Part shown: one piece after another, positions 20,345-28,274 of the stretch
Layout of the letters: each line of letters starts with the position of its first letter
Position numbering within the stretch: the stretch's first letter is position 1
Source of the DNA: a virus
Taxonomy: Duplodnaviria > Caudoviricetes
Virus record (IMG/VR): IMGVR_UViG_3300016665_000452
Coordinates: 1 to 39,193 of that record
Length of the DNA stretch: 39,193 nt
Strand: one strand, 5' to 3'
The notes under the pieces: model-generated
What the model was told of the DNA's origin: nothing
What the model saw: the letters and a program-made list of their open reading frames with translations, nothing else
Database searches by the model: none
Position numbers and translations under genes: made by a program

Positions 20345-20719
20345 ATGAGCACCTACATCGAATCCACCGTCACCGGCCAGGTCTGGACCCGGTGCAACCA
20401 GATCGCCATCGACAACCGCCGCGGCACCACGCCCACGGTGCGGTTCGAGGAGGAGCGCGTCGTCGTCCTCGACGACGGCGACGAGATGCGCAAGCCCGCG
20501 GCCGGCATCACGCTGGACTTCGACCCCGCGCGCCAGATCCCCCTGCTGGACCCGTCCACCGGCCAGCCCACCGGCAACAGCACCACCTACGGCGCCGTGT
20601 ACGCCATCCTGTACAGCGCCTACATCGCCGCCGCGCAAGAGCGCGACGCCCGCCACAACCCTCCGCAGCCCGCGCCCGCCCCGGCCCCGGCCGCAGACGC
20701 CACCCCCGCGCAGGAGTAA
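20345..20719 (+). CDS. Hypothetical tail-associated protein (possible adaptor)
   Basis: Lies between the fibre gene and the DGR target gene. Confidence 0.5.
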   Translation: MSTYIESTVTGQVWTRCNQIAIDNRRGTTPTVRFEEERVVVLDDGDEMRKPAAGITLDFDPARQIPLLDPSTGQPTGNSTTYGAVYAILYSAYIAAAQERDARHNPPQPAPAPAPAADATPAQE

Positions 20720-20725
20720 ACCGCC

Positions 20726-21790
20726 ATGAGCCTCACCATCAACGTCCCCGACACCCTGCGGCGCAGCGTGGAAGCGGCCAGCCAGGGCCGCAACACCGTG
20801 CTGTACACCGCCAAGGGCCAGCCTTGCTTCATGTTCGTTCTGCCCAGCTTCACCCTGCAGTCCATCGACGCCAGCCTGGGCACCGGCACGCACCCGGCCT
20901 TCATCGTCGGCGGCGTCACCAAGAGCGAGATCCTCATCGGCCAGTACCTGGGCTTCTCCAGCAACGGCGAGATGGTCAGCGTCCCCGGCGTGGACCCGCT
21001 CAACAACATCAACTTCGACAACGCCAGTGCCCTGGCTCGCGCCAACGGCAGCGGCTGGCACCTCACCACCAACGCCACCTACGCCGCACTGGCGCTGTGG
21101 GCGTGGAAAAACGGCACCCAGCCCCGCGGCAACAGCGACTACGGCCGCAGCAGCGACGTCAGCACCGAGCGCGCGGTGGACGCCGCCACCGGCCGCATCG
21201 CCGCCGCCAGCGGCACGGCCACCAGCCGCACGCGCACCGGCAGCGGGCCCACGAGCTGGCGACACGACAGCACGCCGTTCGGCATTGCAGACCTGAACGG
21301 CAACGTGTGGGAGTTTACCGCCGGCATGCGCATCAACGCGGGCGAAATCCAGGTCATCCAGGACAACAACGCCGCCAGCACCACGGCAGACCTGAGCGCA
21401 GGCTCTGCGCTGTGGCAGGCCATCGACGGCAGCAACGGCAACCTGGTCGCCCCCGGCTCGGCCAACACGGTGAAGTACGCCACCAGCGGCACGGCAGCCT
21501 ACACGGCGGTGCGCACCAGCGGCAGCAGCTTCGAGGGCATGACGAACCCAGGCACGACCCCCATTGCCACCGCCGCGCTGGAGCGCCTGCGCGCCCTGGG
21601 CCTTTATCCGGTGGCCGCAGGCGGGCTGGGCGGCGACGGGTTCTGGGTGGACGTCACATCCGAACGCGTGCCGGTCCGCGGCGGGGCCTGGCGCAGCGCG
21701 GCGCTCTCGGGCGTCTTCGCGCTGTACTCGGGCAACGCCCGCAGCGACGTGGACACGTCCCTCGGCGCCCGCCCCGCTTTTGTGTCCTGA
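20726..21790 (+). CDS. DGR target protein; Mtd-like receptor-binding protein (FGE-type C-type lectin fold)
   Basis: GIADLNGNVWE and RGGAW...GARPAF motifs; the 3' end is the VR. Confidence 0.9.
   Translation: MSLTINVPDTLRRSVEAASQGRNTVLYTAKGQPCFMFVLPSFTLQSIDASLGTGTHPAFIVGGVTKSEILIGQYLGFSSNGEMVSVPGVDPLNNINFDNASALARANGSGWHLTTNATYAALALWAWKNGTQPRGNSDYGRSSDVSTERAVDAATGRIAAASGTATSRTRTGSGPTSWRHDSTPFGIADLNGNVWEFTAGMRINAGEIQVIQDNNAASTTADLSAGSALWQAIDGSNGNLVAPGSANTVKYATSGTAAYTAVRTSGSSFEGMTNPGTTPIATAALERLRALGLYPVAAGGLGGDGFWVDVTSERVPVRGGAWRSAALSGVFALYSGNARSDVDTSLGARPAFVS
21662..21784 (+). repeat. DGR variable repeat (VR)
   Basis: Aligns without gaps to 22249-22371; 15 of 17 mismatches are at template adenines. 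Confidence 0.97.
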
Positions 21791-21813
21791 GTCCTGACCA
21801 CCTGTGTTCTGCA

Positions 21814-21833
21814 GCACCGGCGGTAGCCGGTGC
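21814..21833 (+). promoter_or_regulatory. DGR target-recognition hairpin/cruciform
   Basis: GCACCGGC-GGTA-GCCGGTGC: perfect 8-bp stem with a 4-nt GRNA loop just downstream of the VR. Confidence 0.85.
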
Positions 21834-21853
21834 CTCCACCCTCTGACTGCACC

Positions 21854-22249
21854 ATGACCCGCACGCAGATGTTCCCGCCGGCACCGCCGAAGGTGACGGA
21901 CCTGGTCATCCGCCAGAAAACCGAGGCCATGATCGAGTACGCATACGTCGCCCTGCGTCAATTTCCGCAGCACGAACGCCACGTACTCAGCGCAGAAATC
22001 CGCCTGCGCTTGTGGACCCTGCTGCACCTGATCGTGCTGGCCCACAAGCGCTACCACAAGCGCACCGCGCTGCAAGACCTCGACGCCCAGATCGACCTGC
22101 TCAGATCGCAGGTGCGCCTGGCGCACAGCCTGGGCTACATCAACGCCCAGAAGTACGAGACATGGGCTCGGCACAACGACGAGATCGGCCGCATGGTGGG
22201 CGGTTGGCTCAAGACGTTGACGCCGCAGCCGATGGGGGAAGCTCAGTGA
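21854..22249 (+). CDS. avd: DGR accessory variability determinant
   Basis: FPQHERHVL and EIGRMVGGWLK motifs; lies between target and TR. ATG 21854 is preferred over the GTG inside the hairpin. Confidence 0.92.
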   Translation: MTRTQMFPPAPPKVTDLVIRQKTEAMIEYAYVALRQFPQHERHVLSAEIRLRLWTLLHLIVLAHKRYHKRTALQDLDAQIDLLRSQVRLAHSLGYINAQKYETWARHNDEIGRMVGGWLKTLTPQPMGEAQ

Positions 22250-22371
22250 AACGCGTGCCGATCCGCGGCGGGAACTGGAACAACGCGGCGCTCTCGGGCG
22301 TCTTCGCGCTGAACTTGAACAACGCCCGCAGCAACGTGAACACGAACATCGGCGCCCGCCCCGCTCTTGTG
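22249..22371 (+). repeat. DGR template repeat (TR)
   Basis: Copy of the VR with nine AAC triplets in the target reading frame. Confidence 0.97.
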
Positions 22372-22549
22372 GGCCGTCAGAAGCCGGTGGCGTACTGCGC
22401 CGCCGGACAGCACACCACACAAAAGGCTGAGCTTTCCCCGGCCAGGGGCCACCAACACCCCGAAGCCGAAACACTCCACAGCCAGGCTGCTCCAGTAGCG
22501 CGCAAGCGCGGCCGTTCAGCCCTGGCGCCTACACGCTGCAGGTGCTGAC
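22372..22549 (+). ncRNA. DGR RNA spacer (TR-RT intergenic, structured)
   Basis: Non-coding; hairpins at 22384-22406 and GCGC-GCAA-GCGC at 22498-22509. Confidence 0.55.
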
Positions 22550-23611
22550 GTGGCCAAGACGTACCGGCACCTGTTCCACCGCATCGCCAGCTTCGAGGCG
22601 CTGCACGCCGCCTACCTGAAAGCCCGGCGCGGCAAGCGCGGCCGCACCGAGGTGCAGCACTTCGAGCGCGACCTCGAGGGCAACCTCATCAACCTGCACA
22701 ACCACCTGCTGGCCGGCACCTACTGCAGCACCGCGTACCGCCAGTTCCAGATCTACGAGCCCAAGGCCCGCAACGTGGCCGCGCTGCCCTTTGCCGACCG
22801 CGTGGTGCAGCACGCCCTGGTGGCCGTGATCGAGCCCCTGTTCGAGCAACGCTTCATCGCCCACAACTACGCCTGCCGCCCCGGCCGCGGCACGCACCGC
22901 GGGGCCGATGCCGCGCAGCGCATGATGCGCCGCGTCAAGCGCGAGCACGGCCGCCTGTACTGCCTCAAGGCCGACGTGTCCGCCTACTTCGCCAGCATCG
23001 ACCACGCCATCCTCAAGGCCCTGTTCCGCAAGCGCATCGCCTGCCCGCAGACGCTGGCCCTGCTGGACCACATCATCGACAGCGCCGACACCATCAACCC
23101 CGCGCCCGGCGTGGGCCTGCCCATCGGCAACCTGGTCAGCCAGCTCGCCGCCAACGTCTACCTGCACGAGCTGGACCTGCACGTCAAGCACGGCCTGCAG
23201 GAGCGCCACTACGTGCGCTACATGGACGACTTCTGCATCTTCCACCCCGACAAGGCGCACCTGCAGCGCCTGCGCACGCATCTGGACGGGTGGCTGCAGC
23301 AGTGGCTGCGACTGCGGCTCAACGACAAGACGCAGGTCTTCCCCGTAGGCACCTGGCGCGGCCGGGCGGTGGACTTCCTGGGCTACCGCATCTGGCCCAC
23401 GCACCGCCGCCTGCGCCGCAGCAGCATCACGCGCATCACCCGCACCCTGCGCCGGCTGCAGGGCTGGTACGCGCAGGGCCTGGCGCCGCTGGGGCGCATT
23501 GCAGCATCGGTGCAGAGCTGGCTGGCCCATGCCGCGCACGCCGACACGCGCGGCCTGAAGCGCGCAGTGCTGGGCCGGTTTGCGTTCAGCCGCGGGGAGG
23601 TGCGCTCGTGA
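22550..23611 (+). CDS. brt: DGR reverse transcriptase
   Basis: GLPIGNLVSQ (DGR-type SQ motif), YVRYMDDF, VDFLGY; 353 aa with no maturase or endonuclease domain. Confidence 0.96.
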   Translation: MAKTYRHLFHRIASFEALHAAYLKARRGKRGRTEVQHFERDLEGNLINLHNHLLAGTYCSTAYRQFQIYEPKARNVAALPFADRVVQHALVAVIEPLFEQRFIAHNYACRPGRGTHRGADAAQRMMRRVKREHGRLYCLKADVSAYFASIDHAILKALFRKRIACPQTLALLDHIIDSADTINPAPGVGLPIGNLVSQLAANVYLHELDLHVKHGLQERHYVRYMDDFCIFHPDKAHLQRLRTHLDGWLQQWLRLRLNDKTQVFPVGTWRGRAVDFLGYRIWPTHRRLRRSSITRITRTLRRLQGWYAQGLAPLGRIAASVQSWLAHAAHADTRGLKRAVLGRFAFSRGEVRS

Positions 23612-23994
23612 ACCCGCAACCCAAAATCCACCCCGCCCGCGGCCTTCTGCGCTGGTTCTTCCGCGACACCGCCTACGCCGGCCTCTGCCTGCCCCCCATC
23701 GGCATCTGGCTCGCCCCCGAGCTGCTGACCTGGCAGCGGGCCGGCATGCCCAACCCCGTGCCCGGCACCGCGGCTGATCGCCTGCTGATCCACGAGCTGC
23801 GCCACTGGCACCAGGCGCGCACGCTCGGCGTGGTGCGCTTCTACGCCCTGTACGCCTGGTGGACGCTGACCCGCGGCTACCAGGCCAACCCGCTCGAGCA
23901 GGACGCCCGCGCCGTCGCCGCCGCCTACCTGCCGCCCGACACCGCTGCCCACCCCGTGCCTGGCGCCCCGCGCCCGGCTGCGGCCGGCACCTGA
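23608..23994 (+). CDS. Putative Zn metallopeptidase-like protein (HExxH, DUF4157-like)
   Basis: GTGA overlap with the RT stop; LLIHELRHWHQ...NPLEQDA. Confidence 0.6.
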   Translation: MNPQPKIHPARGLLRWFFRDTAYAGLCLPPIGIWLAPELLTWQRAGMPNPVPGTAADRLLIHELRHWHQARTLGVVRFYALYAWWTLTRGYQANPLEQDARAVAAAYLPPDTAAHPVPGAPRPAAAGT

Positions 23995-24022
23995 GCCACC
24001 CACTGCCCGCGCCGCCCGCACC

Positions 24023-24409
24023 ATGAGCAACGTCGCCCCCAGCCCGCCGCAGCCCACGCCGGCTGACCTCTTGGCTCACCGGCTCGACGCCCTGCATGGC
24101 GACGTCGGCGACATCAAGGCCGCGCTGCGTGACCTGACGACCGCCGTCACCCGCCTGGCCGTGGTGGAGGAGCGCCAGCAACAGGCCGCCGCCGCGCAGG
24201 AGCGCGGGTTCAGGGCCCTGGAGCGCGTGGAGCAGCGCGTCACCACGCTCGAGCATCAGATGCCCGACCGCGCAGACCAGCGCCTCGCCGCCCTGGAGCA
24301 ACAGGCCCCGGCCGTCAACCGCACCGCTGCCTGGGTGGACCGCGCCGTCTGGGCCGCCGCTGCCGCCGCGGTCATGTACGTCGCCAAGAGCGCCGGCCTG
24401 CTGCACTGA
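24023..24409 (+). CDS. Coiled-coil protein with C-terminal hydrophobic helix (lysis-cassette accessory)
   Basis: Heptad-rich body and a hydrophobic C-terminus. Confidence 0.55.
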   Translation: MSNVAPSPPQPTPADLLAHRLDALHGDVGDIKAALRDLTTAVTRLAVVEERQQQAAAAQERGFRALERVEQRVTTLEHQMPDRADQRLAALEQQAPAVNRTAAWVDRAVWAAAAAAVMYVAKSAGLLH

Positions 24410-24425
24410 GCCAGGAACCCACTCC

Positions 24426-24737
24426 ATGACCACCACGCCCCGCACCCGCAAGCCTCGCGCCCGGCCCGTCCTGATCGTCGACTGGCGCCGCGCCTGGCGC
24501 ATGCTCAGCGTGCAAGCCGCCGCCGTCGCCTGCACCATCGGCCTGCTGCCGCCCGATCAACAGACCGCCCTGCTGGCGGCCATCGGCGTCCCGCCCGAGC
24601 GCCTGCCGCTGGCCCTGGGCCTGCTGTTCCTGGGCGCCCGGCTGCTCAACCAGCCCGGCGTGCAGGCAGGCGCACCCGCCGAGATTTCCGAAAACGCCGC
24701 CCCGCAGGCCACCGGCGCGCGCAATTCGGAAATCTGA
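24426..24737 (+). CDS. Putative holin
   Basis: DWRRAWRMLSVQAAA motif, two hydrophobic segments, directly upstream of the endolysin. Confidence 0.7.
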   Translation: MTTTPRTRKPRARPVLIVDWRRAWRMLSVQAAAVACTIGLLPPDQQTALLAAIGVPPERLPLALGLLFLGARLLNQPGVQAGAPAEISENAAPQATGARNSEI

Positions 24738-24760
24738 GCACCACCCAGGAGCGACTCAAC

Positions 24761-25225
24761 ATGTCCCTGGTCGACCGCAACGTCACGCCATCCTTCCGGC
24801 TGTCGGAGTTCCTGCGCAGCGAGACCGCCGTGCGCCGCGGCCTGGACAACACGCCGCCGGCCGCCGTGCTGGCCAACCTCACCAACATCCTGGCGCCCGG
24901 CATGCAGCGCGTGCGCGACCTGCTCGAGACGCCGGTGCAGATCACCTCGGGCTACCGATCCCCGGAGGTCAACCGCGCCGTGGGCGGCTCCGACACGTCG
25001 CAGCACGTGCTGGGCCTGGCGGCGGACTTCGTCAGCCCCACGTTCGGCAGCCCTCGCAGCATCGCCCGCTTCCTGGCCGACAACCAGGCGGTGCTGCGGT
25101 ACGACCAGCTCATCTTCGAGGGCACCTGGGTCCACATCTCGTTCACGCCCGGCCAGCCGCGCGGCCAAGTGCTCACGGCGCACTTCGCCCAGGGCGGCGT
25201 CACCTACAGCCCGGGCATCGCCTGA
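24761..25225 (+). CDS. Endolysin, peptidase M15 family
   Basis: ITSGYRSPEVN, SQHVLGLAAD, WVHISF. Confidence 0.9.
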   Translation: MSLVDRNVTPSFRLSEFLRSETAVRRGLDNTPPAAVLANLTNILAPGMQRVRDLLETPVQITSGYRSPEVNRAVGGSDTSQHVLGLAADFVSPTFGSPRSIARFLADNQAVLRYDQLIFEGTWVHISFTPGQPRGQVLTAHFAQGGVTYSPGIA

Positions 25226-25815
25226 TGATCCTCGACCGCGCCCTCACCGCCGCCGCCAGCGCCGCCGCCATCGGCGCCCTGGCCCTGGCCGCCTACCTCT
25301 GGCGCGACAGCCTGGCGCACCAACGCACCGCCGCCGAGCTGCGCACCACCCTCGCCACCGAGCGCGCCGCCCACCAGGCCGAGCGCGCCCGCCTGACGGC
25401 CGAGGCGCTGGCCGCCAGCGAGCGCGCCCGCGCCACCGAGCAACGTTGGAGCCAATCCCATGCCCAAGCCGCCGCCGACGCCAGCGTGCAGATCGACCGC
25501 GCGCGCCGCGATGCTGACCTCGCTCGCGCTGCTGGCAACAGCCTGCGTGCACGTGCCGACCACTACGCCAGCCTCTGCGCCGCCCCCGGCCCCCAGCCCG
25601 GCCTCGCCGGCAGTGCCCCCGCTGCCCCCGCAGGCCCGCCAGCCGCCCACCCCGGCCTGGTGCTCGCCGACGTGCTCGGCCGCCTGGACGAAGCTGGTCG
25701 ACAGCTTGCTGCCCTCGCCGACGCCCGCGGCACCGCCGGCACCGCCTGCGAGCGCGCCCACGACGCGCTGAGAGCCCCGCCCCCAGCGCGGCCCGGCCAC
25801 GGCCCGCCGGACTGA
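25225..25815 (+). CDS. Inner-membrane spanin (Rz-like)
   Basis: N-terminal TM helix, coiled coil, AGTACERAHD. Confidence 0.8.
   Translation: MILDRALTAAASAAAIGALALAAYLWRDSLAHQRTAAELRTTLATERAAHQAERARLTAEALAASERARATEQRWSQSHAQAAADASVQIDRARRDADLARAAGNSLRARADHYASLCAAPGPQPGLAGSAPAAPAGPPAAHPGLVLADVLGRLDEAGRQLAALADARGTAGTACERAHDALRAPPPARPGHGPPD
25460..25771 (+). CDS. Outer-membrane spanin lipoprotein (Rz1-like), embedded in Rz; start uncertain
   Basis: +1 frame inside Rz; lipobox LALLATAC followed by a Pro-rich segment. Confidence 0.75.
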   Translation: MPKPPPTPACRSTARAAMLTSLALLATACVHVPTTTPASAPPPAPSPASPAVPPLPPQARQPPTPAWCSPTCSAAWTKLVDSLLPSPTPAAPPAPPASAPTTR

Positions 25816-25860
25816 CCAGGCAGGCCAGCCACCGCCACCCGCACCAGAAGGAGCCCGACC

Positions 25861-26166
25861 ATGCGCGAACGCCTGCCCGTCCTGATTCCCCTGGCCTGCA
25901 CCGTGGCGCTGCTGCTGAGCATGGGCGAAGACGCGCACGCCGCCGTCATCGCCGTGGCCACCGAAGGCCCCGTGCGCCTTGAGCTCCACGACGAGCCCGG
26001 CCCCTGCCTGGCCGGCGCCCGTCTGGCCATCTGGACTGACGGCAAGGCCCGCGTGCCCGGCTGCTGGCGCCCCGTCCCCGGCGCCGGCCAGGTCGCCGTG
26101 GCCTGGTTGGATGGGGATTCCAGCCTGGTGGATGTGCGGGTGTTCAGGGAGCCGGAACAGCTCTGA
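25861..26166 (+). CDS. Hypothetical exported protein
   Basis: AAGGAG RBS; signal-peptide-like N-terminus; two Cys in the mature part. Confidence 0.6.
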   Translation: MRERLPVLIPLACTVALLLSMGEDAHAAVIAVATEGPVRLELHDEPGPCLAGARLAIWTDGKARVPGCWRPVPGAGQVAVAWLDGDSSLVDVRVFREPEQL

Positions 26167-26177
26167 CCTGGACTGGC

Positions 26178-26352
26178 AGTGATACGCCGAGTGATACAGA
26201 CTTGGCGGTTTGTGAGGGTGGGCGACGCATTGAACTACGGCGGGCCGGTCGCCATCTTACCCCGCTCCCAGAGCATGCGCCCTGTCTGATTCTGCCCCCA
26301 TCTGTCCCCGTATCATCGCCTCACTGATACAGGCGCGATACAGAGGTGATAC
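26178..26352. other. attP: Putative attP with TGATAC arm-type repeats and a tRNA-5'-like core
   Basis: TGATAC at 26180, 26192, 26325 and 26347, CGATAC at 26336, inverted copy at 26310. The minus strand of 26228-26244 reads CCCGCCGTAGTTCAATG. Confidence 0.7.
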
Positions 26353-27363
26353 ATGGGCAGCATCATCAACCGCGACGGGCGCTGGCGTGCTCTGGTGCGG
26401 CGCAAGGGCCACGCGGCGCAGTGTAGAACCTTCGGCACGCAGGCCGAGGCGAAAGCCTGGGTGCGCCGCACCGAGGCCCTGCTCGATGGCGCCGGGCCGG
26501 CCGTGGTGCAGGGCGACGGCGTGACGGTGGCCGAGCTGCTGCGCGCCTATCGCAAGCTGCGCAACCAGGCGCGGCCGATCGCCGACGACAGCACCGAGCA
26601 CTACCAACTGCGCACGCTCGAGCGCCTGCTCGGCCCCTTCGTGGCCGCGCGCCTGACGCCTGACGACCTGGTCGGCTTCGCCGCGGCGCGGCGCGACGAG
26701 GGCGCCGGGCCGTACACCATCAACATGGATGTGAGCAAGCTCGGCACCGTCTGCCGCTACGCCGCCGCCTCCCTGCGCATCAGCCTGCCCGACATCGTCG
26801 GCTCGGCCCGGCCGCTGCTGACGCACCTGCGCCTGATCGGCGACGGCGGCCGGCGCGAGCGCAGGCCCACGGACGACGAGCTGCAGCGCATCCTGGCGCA
26901 CCTGGCGGCTGAGTACGGCCAGGTCTACGCCGACGCGGTGGCCTTCGCGGCCTGCACCGCCATGCGGCGCGGCGAGGTGTGCGCCCTGCGCCGCTCAGAC
27001 CTGGACGCCACCACGCGCTGCGCCACCGTGGCGCGCAAGCACCCGCGCAAGGGCAAGCTGGTGCAGGTGGTGCCCGTCGTCGGCGAGGGCTGGGACATCG
27101 CCGCGCGCCAGCCCGAGAGCGCAGACGGCCGCGTGTTCCCGGTGCATGAGCAGACGCTCAGCAAGTACTTCCGGCAGACCTGCCAGGCGCTGAGCATCCC
27201 CGACCTGCACCTGCACGACCTGCGGCACGAGGGGACGTCGCGGTTGTTCGAGGCGGGGTATTCGGTGCCCGAGGTGGCGCTGGTGACCGGGCATCGGTCG
27301 CTGGCGCATCTGAGTCGGTACACGAATCTCAGGCCGGAGGATGTGGCGCGGAAGGGGGCGTAG
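26353..27363 (+). CDS. int: Tyrosine recombinase/phage integrase (Rci-like subfamily)
   Basis: TAMRRGE, HDLRHEGTSRLFE, VTGHRS...RYTNL catalytic motifs; WRALVRRKG N-terminus. Confidence 0.93.
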   Translation: MGSIINRDGRWRALVRRKGHAAQCRTFGTQAEAKAWVRRTEALLDGAGPAVVQGDGVTVAELLRAYRKLRNQARPIADDSTEHYQLRTLERLLGPFVAARLTPDDLVGFAAARRDEGAGPYTINMDVSKLGTVCRYAAASLRISLPDIVGSARPLLTHLRLIGDGGRRERRPTDDELQRILAHLAAEYGQVYADAVAFAACTAMRRGEVCALRRSDLDATTRCATVARKHPRKGKLVQVVPVVGEGWDIAARQPESADGRVFPVHEQTLSKYFRQTCQALSIPDLHLHDLRHEGTSRLFEAGYSVPEVALVTGHRSLAHLSRYTNLRPEDVARKGA

Positions 27364-27371
27364 GGCTGCAG

Positions 27372-27422
27372 GGGTGACGCCTGGGTCGAGCTGGGCTACG
27401 CCGGCTCACCCTGCGGTTAGGC
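27372..27422 (+). repeat. attC-like site A (degenerate R'')
   Basis: GGGTGAC-gcctg-GGT(C)GAGC...GCTCACC-ctgcg-GTTAGGC. Confidence 0.6.
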
Positions 27423-28274
27423 CCTCAGCAGCCGGGCCGCGTCGTCGCGTGCGTCCTTGGCCAGTAACCATCCCCGCCGGTCGGCGCCGCTGCTGTGGTC
27501 TGGTTCCCACTGGCGCGCGATCTCTGCCAGGTGGTCAATGCCAGCCATCATCCGCAGCATCACCTCGCGCATGGACTGCGTGCGCTGCTTCTCCCGAATC
27601 AGCAGATTCAACACTGCCTCGGTGTCTCGCCGCTCGCGCTCAATGCGCTGGGCCGGCGTCTCACCCTCCTTCAGGTACTGCTCGCAGTCGGCCAGCATTT
27701 GGCGCAGTTCGCGCACGTCGCCCTTCACCTCTCCATCGGCCATCGTCGTCCCTTTCTTGCACTGCGGGCACTCAGGCACGCGGTGCGGCTTGCAAAACAT
27801 TGGTGGCAGTCGCTGCATGTCAGCCCCTTCGTTCAACAACGGGCCTAACCCGTCGTTCGAGCCGACCGTTCCGGCGGCTCGAACGCCCACGTTAGGCCCC
27901 TCGAAACTGTCGTTGTCCAGCCAGCTTTGCAAATGCAGGATCAGGGCCGCTACCTGCTTACGATCCAGGTGCATACGGGTGGTCAGGCTCACGCCGGGCG
28001 GGATCGGGTACGGCACCCAGCCAGTGCGCTCTGCCGTGTACACGCCAAGGCTGCGCGCTTCGCAGGCCAGCACCTTGGGCGCTGCGTCATCCGGCCCCAG
28101 CCACACCGCCGAGGTGCCGGGCTTTTCGTACTCAGCCAGGCTCGAAGCCTGCAAGCTGCACGGCGTGCCGTAGCGGTCCTTGAACTCCAGCAGTTCAAAG
28201 CCGCGCGCAGTCCGCGCAACGGGGCCTAACCCCCCGCTCAACACCGGACCTTGGCCCGCAGCATCGTCTGTCAT
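27417..28274 (-). CDS. Hypothetical modular phage protein reading through attC-like site B
   Basis: AGGAGG RBS and ATG inside site C; module 1 (RGFELLEFKDRYG...RMHL) fused in frame to module 2; TAA lies in the R' box of site A. Internal starts at 27818 or 27743 are possible. Confidence 0.65.
   Translation of the reverse strand: MTDDAAGQGPVLSGGLGPVARTARGFELLEFKDRYGTPCSLQASSLAEYEKPGTSAVWLGPDDAAPKVLACEARSLGVYTAERTGWVPYPIPPGVSLTTRMHLDRKQVAALILHLQSWLDNDSFEGPNVGVRAAGTVGSNDGLGPLLNEGADMQRLPPMFCKPHRVPECPQCKKGTTMADGEVKGDVRELRQMLADCEQYLKEGETPAQRIERERRDTEAVLNLLIREKQRTQSMREVMLRMMAGIDHLAEIARQWEPDHSSGADRRGWLLAKDARDDAARLLRA
27758..27849. repeat. 92-bp direct repeat, copy 1 (copy 2 at 29144-29235)
   Basis: 91/92 identical; ends at GCCTAAC. 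Confidence 0.95.
27843..27897 (+). repeat. attC-like site B
   Basis: GCCTAAC-ccgtc-GTTCGAGC...GCTCGAAC-gcccac-GTTAGGC. Confidence 0.8.

Noticed and set aside
19235-20719. Second DGR target (additional VR)
   Set aside because: I found no other TR-like sequence by eye in the tail genes or elsewhere in the window.
19661-22474. Long antisense or alternative-frame ORFs (e.g. 937 aa here, also 3606-5384, 11043-13115, 14872-16833, 22529-24538)
   Set aside because: These are shadow ORFs caused by high GC, lying opposite well-supported genes and without motifs.
22550-23611. RT as a group II intron, retron or Abi RT
   Set aside because: The SQ motif, small size, avd and the adenine-specific TR/VR pair identify a DGR.
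26260-26270. CCCGCTCCCA as a tRNA 3' end or tRNA gene
   Set aside because: No T-arm (GTTCGA) upstream and no cloverleaf; the 5'-end match on the minus strand fits better.
26353-27363. Integrase as an integron integrase (IntI)
   Set aside because: I see no IntI-specific insertion or IntI-type motifs. It has an arm-binding-type N-terminus, Rci-like HDLRHE...SRLFE and an adjacent attP-like region.
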